Positions 28,044 to 38,700 of a DNA stretch of 64,000 nucleotides are shown one piece after another. The stretch is from NCBI GenBank assembly GCA_963700145.1, contig OY969474.1, positions 5,152,001 to 5,216,000 of the forward strand. Direction: 5' to 3'. The position numbers and the translations under genes are program-made. Below the pieces are notes generated by a model. That model was not told the DNA's origin. It ran no database searches and was given only the letters and a program-made list of their open reading frames with translations. The DNA is from an uncultured Acidobacteriota bacterium (lineage in GTDB: Bacteria > Acidobacteriota > Thermoanaerobaculia > Multivoradales > UBA5704). Every line of letters starts with the position of its first letter. Position 1 is the stretch's first letter.

Positions 28044-31000
28044 CAGCGGCGCACCCCATGGGAAAGCTCCTCCTCGGATCGCAGGCGGCTGTCGAGCCAG
28101 GCCAGCGCGGTGGCTTTCGCCCGCTGCCAGTCCCCGGCGGATGCCGTCTCGGCCCGGCTCTCGGCGAGGATTTCGGCCTCGCTGCCCCACTCGTCGAAGA
28201 GCGTGCGCAGGAGGTCGAGAGAAGGGGAGTGGGCGAGCACCAAGCGGCCGAGGCGCAGCAGCAGCTCGAGGCCGTCGCGGAGGATGGCGCGCGCCATGCC
28301 GTTCCCCCCGGGGTCGGCATCGAGCAGATAGAGCCCCTCCGTCGGGGCAAGCACGTCCTCGGGAGCCACCTGCTCCGGATCGGTGACGTGGGGCGCCACT
28401 TGGACACCCTCCCGCGCCCCCCGGTACATCACCGGGAAGAGGGCCCGCAGCACAGCGGCCAGCAGGCGGGCGGCCTCGAACGTGAGGAGAGGCCCGGCGG
28501 CGTCGGGGTTGGGGAAGATCGCCAGCCCGACGGTCTGGAAGGCGAGCGCCTCGTAGCGCTCCCGCACCGCCGATTCGAGGAGCGACCGCTGGCGCGGCTC
28601 GCGGCGCAGGGCATCGAGCCGGTACGTGGCGATCGGCCGCATGCGTACCGTGACTGGCTGGAGCGCCACGGCGAACGGAAAGCTTCCGAGGAGGATCCGG
28701 TCAGGGGACGGAAAGCTCCCGCCCGCGGCTTGCATCATCTCCGGACGGCAATCAGCGATCGGGAGCGGCGTGACGAGGAACAGACGCCGCGGCGACGAGG
28801 CCTCGTCGGTGAGCAGCGGCTCGACGAGCACGTCGCCCGCCGGTGGGGCGCCGGGAGACGCATCCTCCTCCCCCGCGCGCGTTACCGCGACGAAGATCCC
28901 GCGCGCATCCTGGAAGATGCGGCCCGGGTAGTAGTGGACGTGCGCCGTCTCGGCGGCGGTCATCCCGAGCTGCGCCAGGCTCGTTCGATCGCGCACCGCC
29001 ACCGCCCTCGGCGCGGCGAGCTCGACCTGCGCCACCTTGGGCGGCAGGAGATGGCCACCGTCCGGCCCGGCTGCTTCAGCGGGGCGCACAGCGGCGGCCA
29101 GGGTCCGCACGAAGACCTCCTCGACGTATTGGGTGGAGCGCTCGTCGACGTCGGTCCGCCGCTCGCATTGCAGAAGACGCTGGTCGGCGAGCGCGCGCAG
29201 CCGCGGAACGCACATCCCGCCGAAGACGTTGACGACCTCTTCGACCTCGAGCCAGTGCTGCACGAGGTCGGCCGACAGGTGAGGCTCGACGGTGAAGCCG
29301 GTGGGTGGACGGACGAAGGGCCACGGAAGGGAGTCGAGCCGCCGCCAGAGGTCCGAAGAGCTCGGGAGGCCGTCGAAGGCGCCTTCGAGGCCCGGCTCCA
29401 CGGCGGCGATCACGGCGATCGGCTCGCCGGCCTGCGGCGCCTGCCCCGGCGAGCGCCGGAACGCCGCGCCGGCCCGTCGCAGGCGCTCGCGCTCGCGGCG
29501 CACCTCGCTCCAGTTGCCTTCGAGCAACACGACGCAAGCGTCCTCCGCCGACTCGCGACAGCTCACCGGCTCCTCCCCCAGCAACAACGGCCCCCGCCCG
29601 AGGTCGCGCCGGGCGTCGCCGCAAAGTCGGTAGTGCCAGGGCACGGCGAGCTGCTCGCAGACGTCGACCAGATCCGCGAAGGTCAGGGGCTCGCCCGCGC
29701 GCTGGAAATCCTGCAGGCGATAGAAACGCTGCTCCGGCCCCGCCGGCGCTCCCGGTGCGGGCGGCTGCGAGTCGCCGTTGCCCGGCCCCGACGGCGCCCG
29801 GGCGATCCCGCCCGCCGCCAGCTCGGCGTTGTCGCGCTCGCTCGTCTCGCGCTGCGAACGCGAAAAGTTGCGCACCACGGCGTCGATGCCGCAGAGGCTG
29901 CGGATCCATTCCGGCATGCGGTGCATGCTCTCGACGCCCAGCACCAGGACCTGCGGCGCGCTCTTCTCTCCCAGGGCGCGCACGCCGGTCAGCTCGCGCA
30001 GCCGCAGCGCCAAGCGCCGGAAGGCGAGCTGGGCGTGCACCTCCACCGGTCCGGCGAACGACTCGACGTCGTCGACGATGACGAGGCCGAGGTTGCTCAG
30101 CACCGGCGCGAAGGTGTCGGCGCGGTCGAGGACGGTGGTTACCAGGTCGTGCAGGCTGCAGAGGACGACGTCGGGGATGATCCCCTGCGCCAGGTCGGTC
30201 ATCAGATCGCTTCCCGGCCGGCGGACGCGGACGTTCCAGCGCAGCGTCGACGGCTCGATGGCGGCGCGGAACCGCTCCGCCAGCTTCTCCGCCGCCGCCT
30301 CGCTGCGCACCACGACGAGCGTGCCGCGGGTGTGCACCAGGGCATGGTTGGCCGCGGCCAGGAGGACGAGGGTCGACTTGCCCGCGCCTTCCGGTGCCAG
30401 GACGATCAGGTTGCGGCAGCGCTGGCCGCTGCGGTCCTCGAGCGCCTCCAGCGTCTCGCCCAGAGTGAGCTCCTGCAGGGTGATCGGCGGGTCGACGTGG
30501 ACGTAGCCCTGGAGCGCCAGCCGGGTCAGCACGGCGCGCTGCATGGCGGTGAGGTGCCACGGTTGCCGGAGGAGCTCGACGACCAGCGGCGACAGCACCC
30601 CCGCCGTGCGCGGGTCGGCTTCCGACCTCCCCAGCGCCTCGACGGGCCGCACCGACCCCGGCTCAGGCGCCGCGACGCTCCATCGCTCCGCGAGCTTGGT
30701 CAGCACCTCCGGCCATCCCGCTCCCTGGCCGGCGCCGCCGGCGAGCTCCGCCTGTGGCGCCGGCGCCGCACGGTCCTCCCCGCGCAGCACGACGTGTATG
30801 GACCAGGAGGTCCAGAGAAGCAGTGCGACGGCGAAGGCCGAAGGCGGCAGGCGGTAGGGGTCGCCGCCGAGGGAGAGCCAGGCCCAGACGAAGAGCGGAA
30901 CGGCCGCCGCGGCCAGCCACGCCGCCCACTCCCGGAACGAGGGCGCCGGCCGCGCCAGGAAGGGCGCTCCGCTCCACCGCCGCCAGAAGGGGAGTACCTC

Positions 31001-31765
31001 GTCGCTCTCGCGGTCGGCTGCCAGGTTACGCCCCAGGTGCCCGCGCAGGGCCAGCCGCACCACGATCCCGACGAGCGCCCAGATCAGCAGCCACAGGGCC
31101 AGGACGAGCAGGGCGCCCAGGAAGGGAAAGCGGCCGAGCGGCAGATACCAGAGCAGCTCGGGCCGAGTCCCCAGGAACAGGTACTGCCAGGCGGAGAGGC
31201 CGGGCGACAGGTCGAGCGATCGGTGCAGGAAGGGCTCGGCGAGGAGCGCCGCGGCATAGAGCAGCGCCGTGCCGATCCCGGCCAGCAGGAAACCGGGGCC
31301 GAGGCTTGCCACCAGCAGGGGGGGCGAGGGAGGCGGTGGCGCTTGGGATTGGACGGCGGCGGCCGTCGCGCCGGCGCCTTCCGCGCTCACCTCCGCAGCG
31401 GCTGGTTTGCGCCGGAGCTTCCGCGCCGCCCGGCGCAAGCCGTCGGCCAGGGCCCGGAGGAGCAGCCACGGCAGACGGATGAGCCAGAGCGGCGCTCCGA
31501 GCGGCGAGTAGAGGAGCTCCAGTTTCAGGAACTGGAGGAAGCCGAGAGTCGAGTCAGGCGTGGTGTCGATCAGTCGCACCAGCCGCCGCTGCCAAAGGAC
31601 GGCGAGCCCGGCAGAGGAGGCGATCAGCGCCAGGGCGAGGAGCCCCCCCGAGAAGCTGCCGAGCCGTTGCAGCCGATCGAGCGTCCAGGCCACCGCCGGC
31701 CAGAAGGCCGTCGCCAGCGCGGCGACGAGGAACCGCAGCAGGTCCAACAGATCGGTGCTAGTCAT
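28043..31765 (-). CDS. Multi-TM protein fused to a degenerate SF2 helicase of Hrq1/YprA (DUF1998) type
   Basis: About 7-8 N-terminal hydrophobic segments; Q motif TAMQ; motif I APEGAGKST; motif II VIVDDVES...FRRL; C-terminal YLLDADPGGNG. Confidence 0.75.
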   Translation of the reverse strand: MTSTDLLDLLRFLVAALATAFWPAVAWTLDRLQRLGSFSGGLLALALIASSAGLAVLWQRRLVRLIDTTPDSTLGFLQFLKLELLYSPLGAPLWLIRLPWLLLRALADGLRRAARKLRRKPAAAEVSAEGAGATAAAVQSQAPPPPSPPLLVASLGPGFLLAGIGTALLYAAALLAEPFLHRSLDLSPGLSAWQYLFLGTRPELLWYLPLGRFPFLGALLVLALWLLIWALVGIVVRLALRGHLGRNLAADRESDEVLPFWRRWSGAPFLARPAPSFREWAAWLAAAAVPLFVWAWLSLGGDPYRLPPSAFAVALLLWTSWSIHVVLRGEDRAAPAPQAELAGGAGQGAGWPEVLTKLAERWSVAAPEPGSVRPVEALGRSEADPRTAGVLSPLVVELLRQPWHLTAMQRAVLTRLALQGYVHVDPPITLQELTLGETLEALEDRSGQRCRNLIVLAPEGAGKSTLVLLAAANHALVHTRGTLVVVRSEAAAEKLAERFRAAIEPSTLRWNVRVRRPGSDLMTDLAQGIIPDVVLCSLHDLVTTVLDRADTFAPVLSNLGLVIVDDVESFAGPVEVHAQLAFRRLALRLRELTGVRALGEKSAPQVLVLGVESMHRMPEWIRSLCGIDAVVRNFSRSQRETSERDNAELAAGGIARAPSGPGNGDSQPPAPGAPAGPEQRFYRLQDFQRAGEPLTFADLVDVCEQLAVPWHYRLCGDARRDLGRGPLLLGEEPVSCRESAEDACVVLLEGNWSEVRRERERLRRAGAAFRRSPGQAPQAGEPIAVIAAVEPGLEGAFDGLPSSSDLWRRLDSLPWPFVRPPTGFTVEPHLSADLVQHWLEVEEVVNVFGGMCVPRLRALADQRLLQCERRTDVDERSTQYVEEVFVRTLAAAVRPAEAAGPDGGHLLPPKVAQVELAAPRAVAVRDRTSLAQLGMTAAETAHVHYYPGRIFQDARGIFVAVTRAGEEDASPGAPPAGDVLVEPLLTDEASSPRRLFLVTPLPIADCRPEMMQAAGGSFPSPDRILLGSFPFAVALQPVTVRMRPIATYRLDALRREPRQRSLLESAVRERYEALAFQTVGLAIFPNPDAAGPLLTFEAARLLAAVLRALFPVMYRGAREGVQVAPHVTDPEQVAPEDVLAPTEGLYLLDADPGGNGMARAILRDGLELLLRLGRLVLAHSPSLDLLRTLFDEWGSEAEILAESRAETASAGDWQRAKATALAWLDSRLRSEEELSHGVRR

Positions 31766-34700
31766 GGCCGGCAGGAGACGGCGGCAGGTCCAGCACGGTG
31801 GCGGCGAGGTCGCGGCCCAGCTCCTCGTAGCCGGTCAGCGGGTTGACCGGCGGGGCCAGGGAGCGCGACTCCTGCGACAGCGGGAACATGCGGTCGTCCG
31901 GCATCGTCGGACGGTTGTGGAACGACTCGAAGCGGCGCAGGTTGCGCAGGCTGTTGACCCGGATCCCCTGGACGAGTGAGAGCATGTAGGCGGCGTTAGG
32001 GCGCACGCCGACCGGGCGGACGTCGAGGGTCTCGGTCATCGGGCACTCCTGGCGCAGCTCTTGCCGAGTGCGGCGGTAGAGGTCCTCGACGCCGTCGTGA
32101 AGGACCAGCGTCGCATCCGCCAGCAAGCGTACGTTGTCGGGGTCGAGGCCCTCGTACCCCTTGAAGCCGGCGCCGAAGCCGAGATTGGAGTAGTAGCGCG
32201 CCACGAAGCGCACGAGCCGCGGCCCGACCTCGCCGGCGAAGAAGTGCTGATCGGAGATCGGCTCGCGGACCAGGTCTTCGAAACGGGACCGGCAGTAGGC
32301 GAGGATCCGATTGGTGTCGGCCAGGCAGGCCCGTTCTCGCCAGGCGGCGAACCCGCCTGCCCGCTCGATCAGACCCGGGACCTCGCGGATCACGTCGTCG
32401 CCGATGCGGCGCTCGAAATAGCCGTGCAGCATCTCGGGGTCGATCAGGCGGTCGGCGGGGGTCCGGCCACGGCCTTCGAAGAGACTGCGCAGGTCCTCGC
32501 GGCGCTCGCTGCCGTGCCCCATCGTGGCGCGCACTCCCAGCTCTTCGCTCCTCCGCGCCAGCGTCGCCGCCTGCACGTCAAGGCTGCGCACCAAGCGGTA
32601 GGCGAGGTTGGCGTCGGCGAGGGCGCGCTCGAAGACCGTAGCGGCGAAGCCGCGCGTGGCCACGGCGCCGGTCAGCTCCAGACGGCTCTCGAGGAACGAC
32701 CGCACCGAAGTGCGCCCCTCCCGCTCCGGATGGCCACCCGCTCCCCAGAAGAAGGCGCGGACCTCCTCCGCCATCCCCTCGATGGCGCCGGCCAGGGCGC
32801 GCAAGCGGCGGCGCGCGAACCAGCGCAGCAGGGCCCACGCCGCGCTCCAGAGGACCAGGCCGCCGGAGATGGCTCCGCCTGGACCGAGCAGCCACTCCAG
32901 GAGACCGGGCCGCAGGTGGAGGTCGAGCAGGTAGGCGACGCTTTGAGCCAGAGGGGCGCCGAGGACCAGGCTGAGCAGAGCCCAGACGGCGAGCCCCAGG
33001 TGGATGGGGGAGAGGTCCGGCTTGCGCTCCGCCGCCGCCAGCACGAGGCGCCGCGAGCGGCTGAGCGGTCCGAGCGCGGGGATCGTATGGCGCTCGCACA
33101 GCGCTTCCCGGCCGCGGCGCTGCTTCTCCTCGCGCTGGAAGCTCTCCTGCGTGGTCATCCGCAGACGATGGAAGGCGGCCTGTGCCGCCTTCAGACCGCC
33201 GGCGCCGGCGTAGTCCTCGATCAGGTGGTCGCCGTAGGAACGTACCCGCTCGACCGCCTTGCCCACCAGCCGCGACGTCTCCAGGCGCAGCTCGTCCACC
33301 AGCTCGTCGACCCGGCCCAGGCGGCCGGTCAGCTCGCTCCAACACGCCCAGATCTCGCGCCTCAGCTCGTTCTCGAAGCCCTCGTCGAAAGCTTTCAGGA
33401 CTTCGCCCGAAAGGGTGGCGAGGCCGAGCTGGACGCGGCCCTGGACCCGTTGCGCCAAGCCCTTCCCCGCCTGCAGCGTCAGGTCCCCCAGGACCTGCCG
33501 CGCCTGATGGGCCAGCCTCGGCAGAGCCGGGGGCTCCAGCGCCTCCGGCTCCTCGATCCGCGCGTCTTCGCCCTGCTTGAGCTCCGCCAGGCACTCCCGT
33601 GCCAGGCGGTTGGCCAGGTACTCGCGGCTGCGCAGGGCCGGAAAGTCGATCTCGTAGCAGGCGAACGACGAGAAGAGGTCGCCGCCGCCGGCGCTGGCGG
33701 AGGTCTGGCGCAGCCAGTCGTCCTGGGCGAGGTCGTTGCGGATGTGGAACGAGATGAAGTCCCGCGTCTGGCGCAGGGCGTCGGCCAGGCTGAGGGTCGC
33801 CGTGTCGGTGACGCGGCTGTTGACGAAGATCTGGGAGATGCTGCGCCGGCCCGCGGGGAGCACGCACTCCACCCAGCGGCGGATGCCGTGGACGGCGTCG
33901 ATGATCGCGGCCTCCTCGCAGCGGCTGACGTCTAGGTCCTCGCCCTGGAACGGATCGGCCGGATGCGGCATCCAGAGGATGGGGGTGACGCAAAGACAAC
34001 GGTCGAACCCCACGCGGTAGGACTCGAAGATGGGAGTGAAGGCCCGCAACAGCTCGGCGTGCAGCTCGCGCAGCACGTGGCGCATGGCCTCCCGGGTGAA
34101 CGCCTCGCTCATGTCGCCGACGACGAAGACGGTGAGCCGCGGCGGCTGGCGGGTCGGCCGGTTGCGGTAGCGGGTGAGAAAACGGAAGCCGTACAGCTCG
34201 CGGACCTGGCGGTTGAGCGCCGCGCGCAGCGGCGCGAAGAGCTCCTTGGCCCGCCCCTCCATGCCTTCGCCGCGCTCGGCGATGCAGAGGTCGGCGAGCA
34301 GCGGGCTTGGCCGCAGCGCGCCGGACGGCGCCGCCGAGCCGACCGGCCAGCCCTCCTCGGTCGCCTGCGCGGCCGGCGCGAAGCCGAGCACCGCCAGCCG
34401 GCGCTCCAGCCACTGGCGCGGAGACTCCTCTTGCGGATGGTCGACTTCCAGCCCGCGGAGAAACCGGCTGGGCTCGCCGCACAGCTCCGTCTCCGCCGCC
34501 GAGCCGGCGGCGCGGCGGGGCATTTCAGGGAGAGCCTCCTCGCCGTCGGGACGGCGCGCCTCCTTGAGCGGGTGCACGACGATCTCGCCGAGCACCTCGA
34601 GCGACTGCCGCAGGGCCTCGGTCAGCTCATCGCGCCGCCGCGTCTCCTCCAGGAGGTTGTCGTTGGGATCCCCGACCCGCTCGCGTTGCAGGTCCACCCA

Positions 34701-35744
34701 CAAGCGGACCAGACCGCCGTGCAGGAACCGCCCGAACTCCCGCAGCCGCTCGGTCAGGAGCTGGACGGTCCGTTCCGGCACACCCTCGCGGTCGTCCCGG
34801 TCGAAGAGCCCCAACTGCAACGGATGCGGCGCGAGAAGAGAGAAGATGCCGTCGCCCGAGCGACCGTGGCCGCTCGCCCAGCCGGTGGCTTCCCACTCAT
34901 GGCCGAGGAGCTCGGCGGGATCGAGAGGCGAGGCCAGGTCGCCGGGCTGGCGCTGGAACGGCCCCGGGCTCCTGATCGCCGGCGGCGCGCCCTCGCCGCC
35001 CTGCAGCCACTCGTTCCAGCCCTGGAGCGGGAGCTCCATGACCGTTTCCAGGAAACGCGCCGCCCGGCGCATGGCCTTCTTCTCCGCTTCGTCGACGAGC
35101 GCGGGGACGGGCACGTCCTCTCCGCCCGCAGGCTCGCCGCCGGCCGCGCTCATCCAGCCCCAGGGCGACGGGTCCCGCCCGTCGAGCAGGGCGCGGCAGC
35201 GGTCGACGCAGGCCAGCAGGGCGTGCGGGCTGTGCCCCTGCCGCACCCGGTTGAGCAGCGGCGTGATGAAGAGGTCGACCTCCTGCAGGCGCTGCGCGAG
35301 GTGGTGGAGCCGCTCCGCCGCCACGATGGGATCCGGATCGAGCCGGAGCCATTCGAAATAGCGCAGCCGCCGCGACTGCGTTTCGTGCCCCTCCTCGTCG
35401 ATCTCCACCTCGACGACGCCCGCGTCGCGCGGCAGCGCGACCTGGTAGCACCCGTCGCGGTAGCGCACGAGACCGAGCGAGCGCACGACGGCGAGGTTGA
35501 GAGCCAAGGACGGCAGGTCGCTGTCCCCGAGGTGACCGGCGATGCGCACCGTCTCCCGTTCGAACGGGCGCCAGCCGTTGGCGCCGGGTGCCGAGCGCAC
35601 CGCCAGCAGCCGCAGGTTGCCGAGCGAGACGTCCGCCCCGGAGAGGCGGAGCCCGGACCAGTCGTCGCCGAGACGCTCCAGCGTGGCGAGACCGAAGCGG
35701 CCCACGCCGACGACGATCACCGGCGCCGGGAAGACCTCGGGCAA
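31758..35744 (-). CDS. Large degenerate tubulin/FtsZ-like protein with coiled coil and two TM segments
   Basis: N-terminal VIVVGVGRFG Rossmann loop; VFVVGDMSE where GGTGSG is expected; two hydrophobic segments in the C-terminal third. Confidence 0.6.
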   Translation of the reverse strand: MPEVFPAPVIVVGVGRFGLATLERLGDDWSGLRLSGADVSLGNLRLLAVRSAPGANGWRPFERETVRIAGHLGDSDLPSLALNLAVVRSLGLVRYRDGCYQVALPRDAGVVEVEIDEEGHETQSRRLRYFEWLRLDPDPIVAAERLHHLAQRLQEVDLFITPLLNRVRQGHSPHALLACVDRCRALLDGRDPSPWGWMSAAGGEPAGGEDVPVPALVDEAEKKAMRRAARFLETVMELPLQGWNEWLQGGEGAPPAIRSPGPFQRQPGDLASPLDPAELLGHEWEATGWASGHGRSGDGIFSLLAPHPLQLGLFDRDDREGVPERTVQLLTERLREFGRFLHGGLVRLWVDLQRERVGDPNDNLLEETRRRDELTEALRQSLEVLGEIVVHPLKEARRPDGEEALPEMPRRAAGSAAETELCGEPSRFLRGLEVDHPQEESPRQWLERRLAVLGFAPAAQATEEGWPVGSAAPSGALRPSPLLADLCIAERGEGMEGRAKELFAPLRAALNRQVRELYGFRFLTRYRNRPTRQPPRLTVFVVGDMSEAFTREAMRHVLRELHAELLRAFTPIFESYRVGFDRCLCVTPILWMPHPADPFQGEDLDVSRCEEAAIIDAVHGIRRWVECVLPAGRRSISQIFVNSRVTDTATLSLADALRQTRDFISFHIRNDLAQDDWLRQTSASAGGGDLFSSFACYEIDFPALRSREYLANRLARECLAELKQGEDARIEEPEALEPPALPRLAHQARQVLGDLTLQAGKGLAQRVQGRVQLGLATLSGEVLKAFDEGFENELRREIWACWSELTGRLGRVDELVDELRLETSRLVGKAVERVRSYGDHLIEDYAGAGGLKAAQAAFHRLRMTTQESFQREEKQRRGREALCERHTIPALGPLSRSRRLVLAAAERKPDLSPIHLGLAVWALLSLVLGAPLAQSVAYLLDLHLRPGLLEWLLGPGGAISGGLVLWSAAWALLRWFARRRLRALAGAIEGMAEEVRAFFWGAGGHPEREGRTSVRSFLESRLELTGAVATRGFAATVFERALADANLAYRLVRSLDVQAATLARRSEELGVRATMGHGSERREDLRSLFEGRGRTPADRLIDPEMLHGYFERRIGDDVIREVPGLIERAGGFAAWRERACLADTNRILAYCRSRFEDLVREPISDQHFFAGEVGPRLVRFVARYYSNLGFGAGFKGYEGLDPDNVRLLADATLVLHDGVEDLYRRTRQELRQECPMTETLDVRPVGVRPNAAYMLSLVQGIRVNSLRNLRRFESFHNRPTMPDDRMFPLSQESRSLAPPVNPLTGYEELGRDLAATVLDLPPSPAGHD

Positions 35745-35746
35745 TC

Positions 35747-38700
35747 TCAGCCCCTCGCCGGGACGTCGGCGGCGGAGGCTCCGTCCCCGGGAGGCGGGGC
35801 CGGCACGGCCGCGGTCTCAGCCGCTTCCGCCCCCCCGTCGCCGGTCCAGAAGCGCCGCGGCACCGCGGTCCGCGCCGGCCCGCTGCGCAGCTTCTCCAGC
35901 AACTCGTTGAGCCGGTCGTCCGCCAGCGGGCGGAACAGCTGCTGGAAGCTCTTCGCCACGCTCCCCGGCTGATCGGGGTTCTCCAGCGCCGCCCACACCT
36001 CGCAGAAGGTCTCGAGGATCTTGAGGCTCTGAACGAGACTGGCCTCGGCGTCCGCGGGCGTCAGGTTGGCCGCGTTGGCGCCGAGGTCGTCGCCCAACGT
36101 CCGCTGCTCTACGGTGACGTTGCTCAGCCGATCGTGGAGCTTCTCCAGCGCCTCCTCCAGGCGCTTGTAGGCGTCGGCGTAGTCCTTGAGCTTCTCCTGC
36201 TGCACCGGCGTACGGTTGGGGCCGTACTTGTTGCGCAGCTCGTCGTGGTTGCTCCGCCAGCGGAAGGGCAGCTGGACGACCTCGGCGAGCACCTCCGGCG
36301 CCAGCCCCTCGCGCACCGCCCGCAGCATCTGCTGATACGGGAGATAGGTGACCTTCTCCGACTCCAGCACCTCCGGCAGGCGCTGGATCGAGTCGGCCAG
36401 GGTCTCCCCGAGACGGGTGAGGCCGTCGTCGCCCAGCTCGCCGTCGTCGCTCACGCCGTCCCAGTCCGGATCGGTGAGGCAATACTTGCCGCCGCGCCGG
36501 ACGATGAACTTCGGCCCGCCGTCGGGGCGCGGGGTGGTCAAGAGGGCCGCGAAGTTGACAACGTGGTTGCGCAGCAGCTCCTGGCGGTGGTTCTCCTGCG
36601 CGCTGTCGGGGTCGAGGTCGGGGAGCACGTCCTCCCAGTTGTGGTCGATGTGCAGCACCTTCGGCCGCTTGGCGAGCGCCTTGAAGCGCTCGTACTCGGA
36701 CTTCATCTCTTTCATCCGGCCAAAGACGTACAGCGGGACGTTGAGGACGGCGCGGTAGAAGATGATCTCCTTGGGGTTGGTCCATCCGGTGGTCACCCAG
36801 GTGAGATTGGGATCGGCGCTGCGGATCGCCTCCTCGATGGCGCTGCTCTTGAAGTTCTCGTCGATGGCGGCGACGAAGACGTTGTCCGGCCGCACGCCGC
36901 CGTGCTGGTCGCGCCCCTCCTCGTAGACGCAGAGCAGCGACGCCTTCTCCTTGACCAGGCGCTTGATCTTGTCCCGCAGGTAGTCGCTGTGCTTCTCGTC
37001 CTTGAGGTCGACCTCGACGGGCTGATAGCGGTAGGTGGAGAGGAGCTCGCGGATCGCCTTGTCGCCGCCGGCCCGCACCAGCGGGGTGTTGCTGCGGTAG
37101 AGCGCGCGGTAGACGACCTCGAGCTCCAGCGCGTCGGAGAGGGTCAGCCCGTCGCGCCGCGCGCGGTCCGGGGAGTGGGGATCGCCGCCGATCCAGGCGG
37201 CGAGGTGCTTTTCGACGTGGTCGCGCAGCGCGGTGAAGAGCTTGTCGAGGTCGGCGCTGGTGGCGCCGCCGCGGCGCACGCTCATCGCCGTCACCGTGTC
37301 GCTGAGCAGCACCTGGATCTCGCGGTTGCTGAGAGAGAGGTCCGGCGAGTCGGCGATCTTGTCCTCGAAGTAGAAGTCCCACATCCGCCGGCCGTCCTCG
37401 ATCTGCAGGGCCTCGGCGTCGAGCACGTACTGGTTGGCCGACGAGCCCTTGCCGCCGTCTTCGCGCAGCTTGCGCAGCCGGTTGAGCTGCTCGGTCTCGA
37501 GCTGGTCGAAGCCCTTTTCCAGCTCGCGTTGGGTGGTGGCGAACTTGTTGAGGTTGTCGCGGAGGTCCCCCAGGCTCTCGATGAAGAGCTGGGTCACGAT
37601 CTCCATCGCCCGGTCGATGGCCTGGGCCTGCAGCGACTCGAGGAGCGCCGGGATGTCGTTGGCCCTGAGCTTGTCCGTGTCCTTCACCTCGCCGAGGTCG
37701 AAGTCCGAGGTGCGCTCGGGAGGCTTGACCTCCCATCGCACCCGCTCGAGGATGGACAGCACGGCATAGCGCTTGGCCGCCAGGTCCACCTCGCCCGCCT
37801 CGTCGTTGAGGAACGCCAGCTCGACCAGGGAGTCCATCCCCGGGTAGCGGGAAGCTCCCAGCTTGTAGCCGCCCTTGAGGATCCGTATGCCGATGGCCTT
37901 GAACTCGTCGAGCCAGACCGCGGCGCGGGTCCGCGCGTCGTAGCCGCGGTTGATGCCGGCGGCGGTCGGAGGGTCCTCCTCGGCGCGAACCTCGATGGCC
38001 TTGCGCGCTTGCTGCAGCAGGCCGGCCGGCTCCTGCTGGTTGTCGCTCGAGATCGCCGGCAGGACGATGGCGCCGATCGAGTAGCTCATGCCCTCCCTCG
38101 CCACCTGTTCCTGGTCCTCCTTGACCCGATCCGGCCTGAAGTCCCTGCCGGTGCCGTCCGGCAGCGGCACCTCGCCCGCGCGGTGGCCGTGGCGGAACAG
38201 GCTGACGAAGCGCTTGATCTCGCTGGTCTGCAGCTCGCACGCGGCCAACAGGCGGACCCGCTTCATGTACAGGCGGTCGATGAGCCTTTCGCGCTGGTCC
38301 TTCTCCTTCTTGTGGAAGTCCGCCACGTGCACCGGTTTCTCGTTCCTCTCGTCGCCGAGGGCCACCTCGAAGAACGGCTCGGGCACGCTGCGCAGCGTCG
38401 TGTAGGAGGCGTCGCCGGGGATCGACCGCAGGAAGCTCGCCCGCATCAGCGACAGGGCCGCGGCTTGCGAGCAGTACTCGACGAGACCGTCGACCGGCAC
38501 CAGCAGCACGGCCGCGCCGTAGGAGCCGTAGAAGGTGGTGAAGCCGATGATCCCCTTGCCCTCGAAGTCGTGCGGCACGAGGAAGCGCTGGTGTTGGGTG
38601 AAGTTGTCGTAGTCGGAGGCCTGGTACCCGTAGAGCGGCGAGAAGAACTGGAGGTAGAGGCCGTCCGCCGCGGCGTCGACCGGGTCGGGGACCGTGAACG

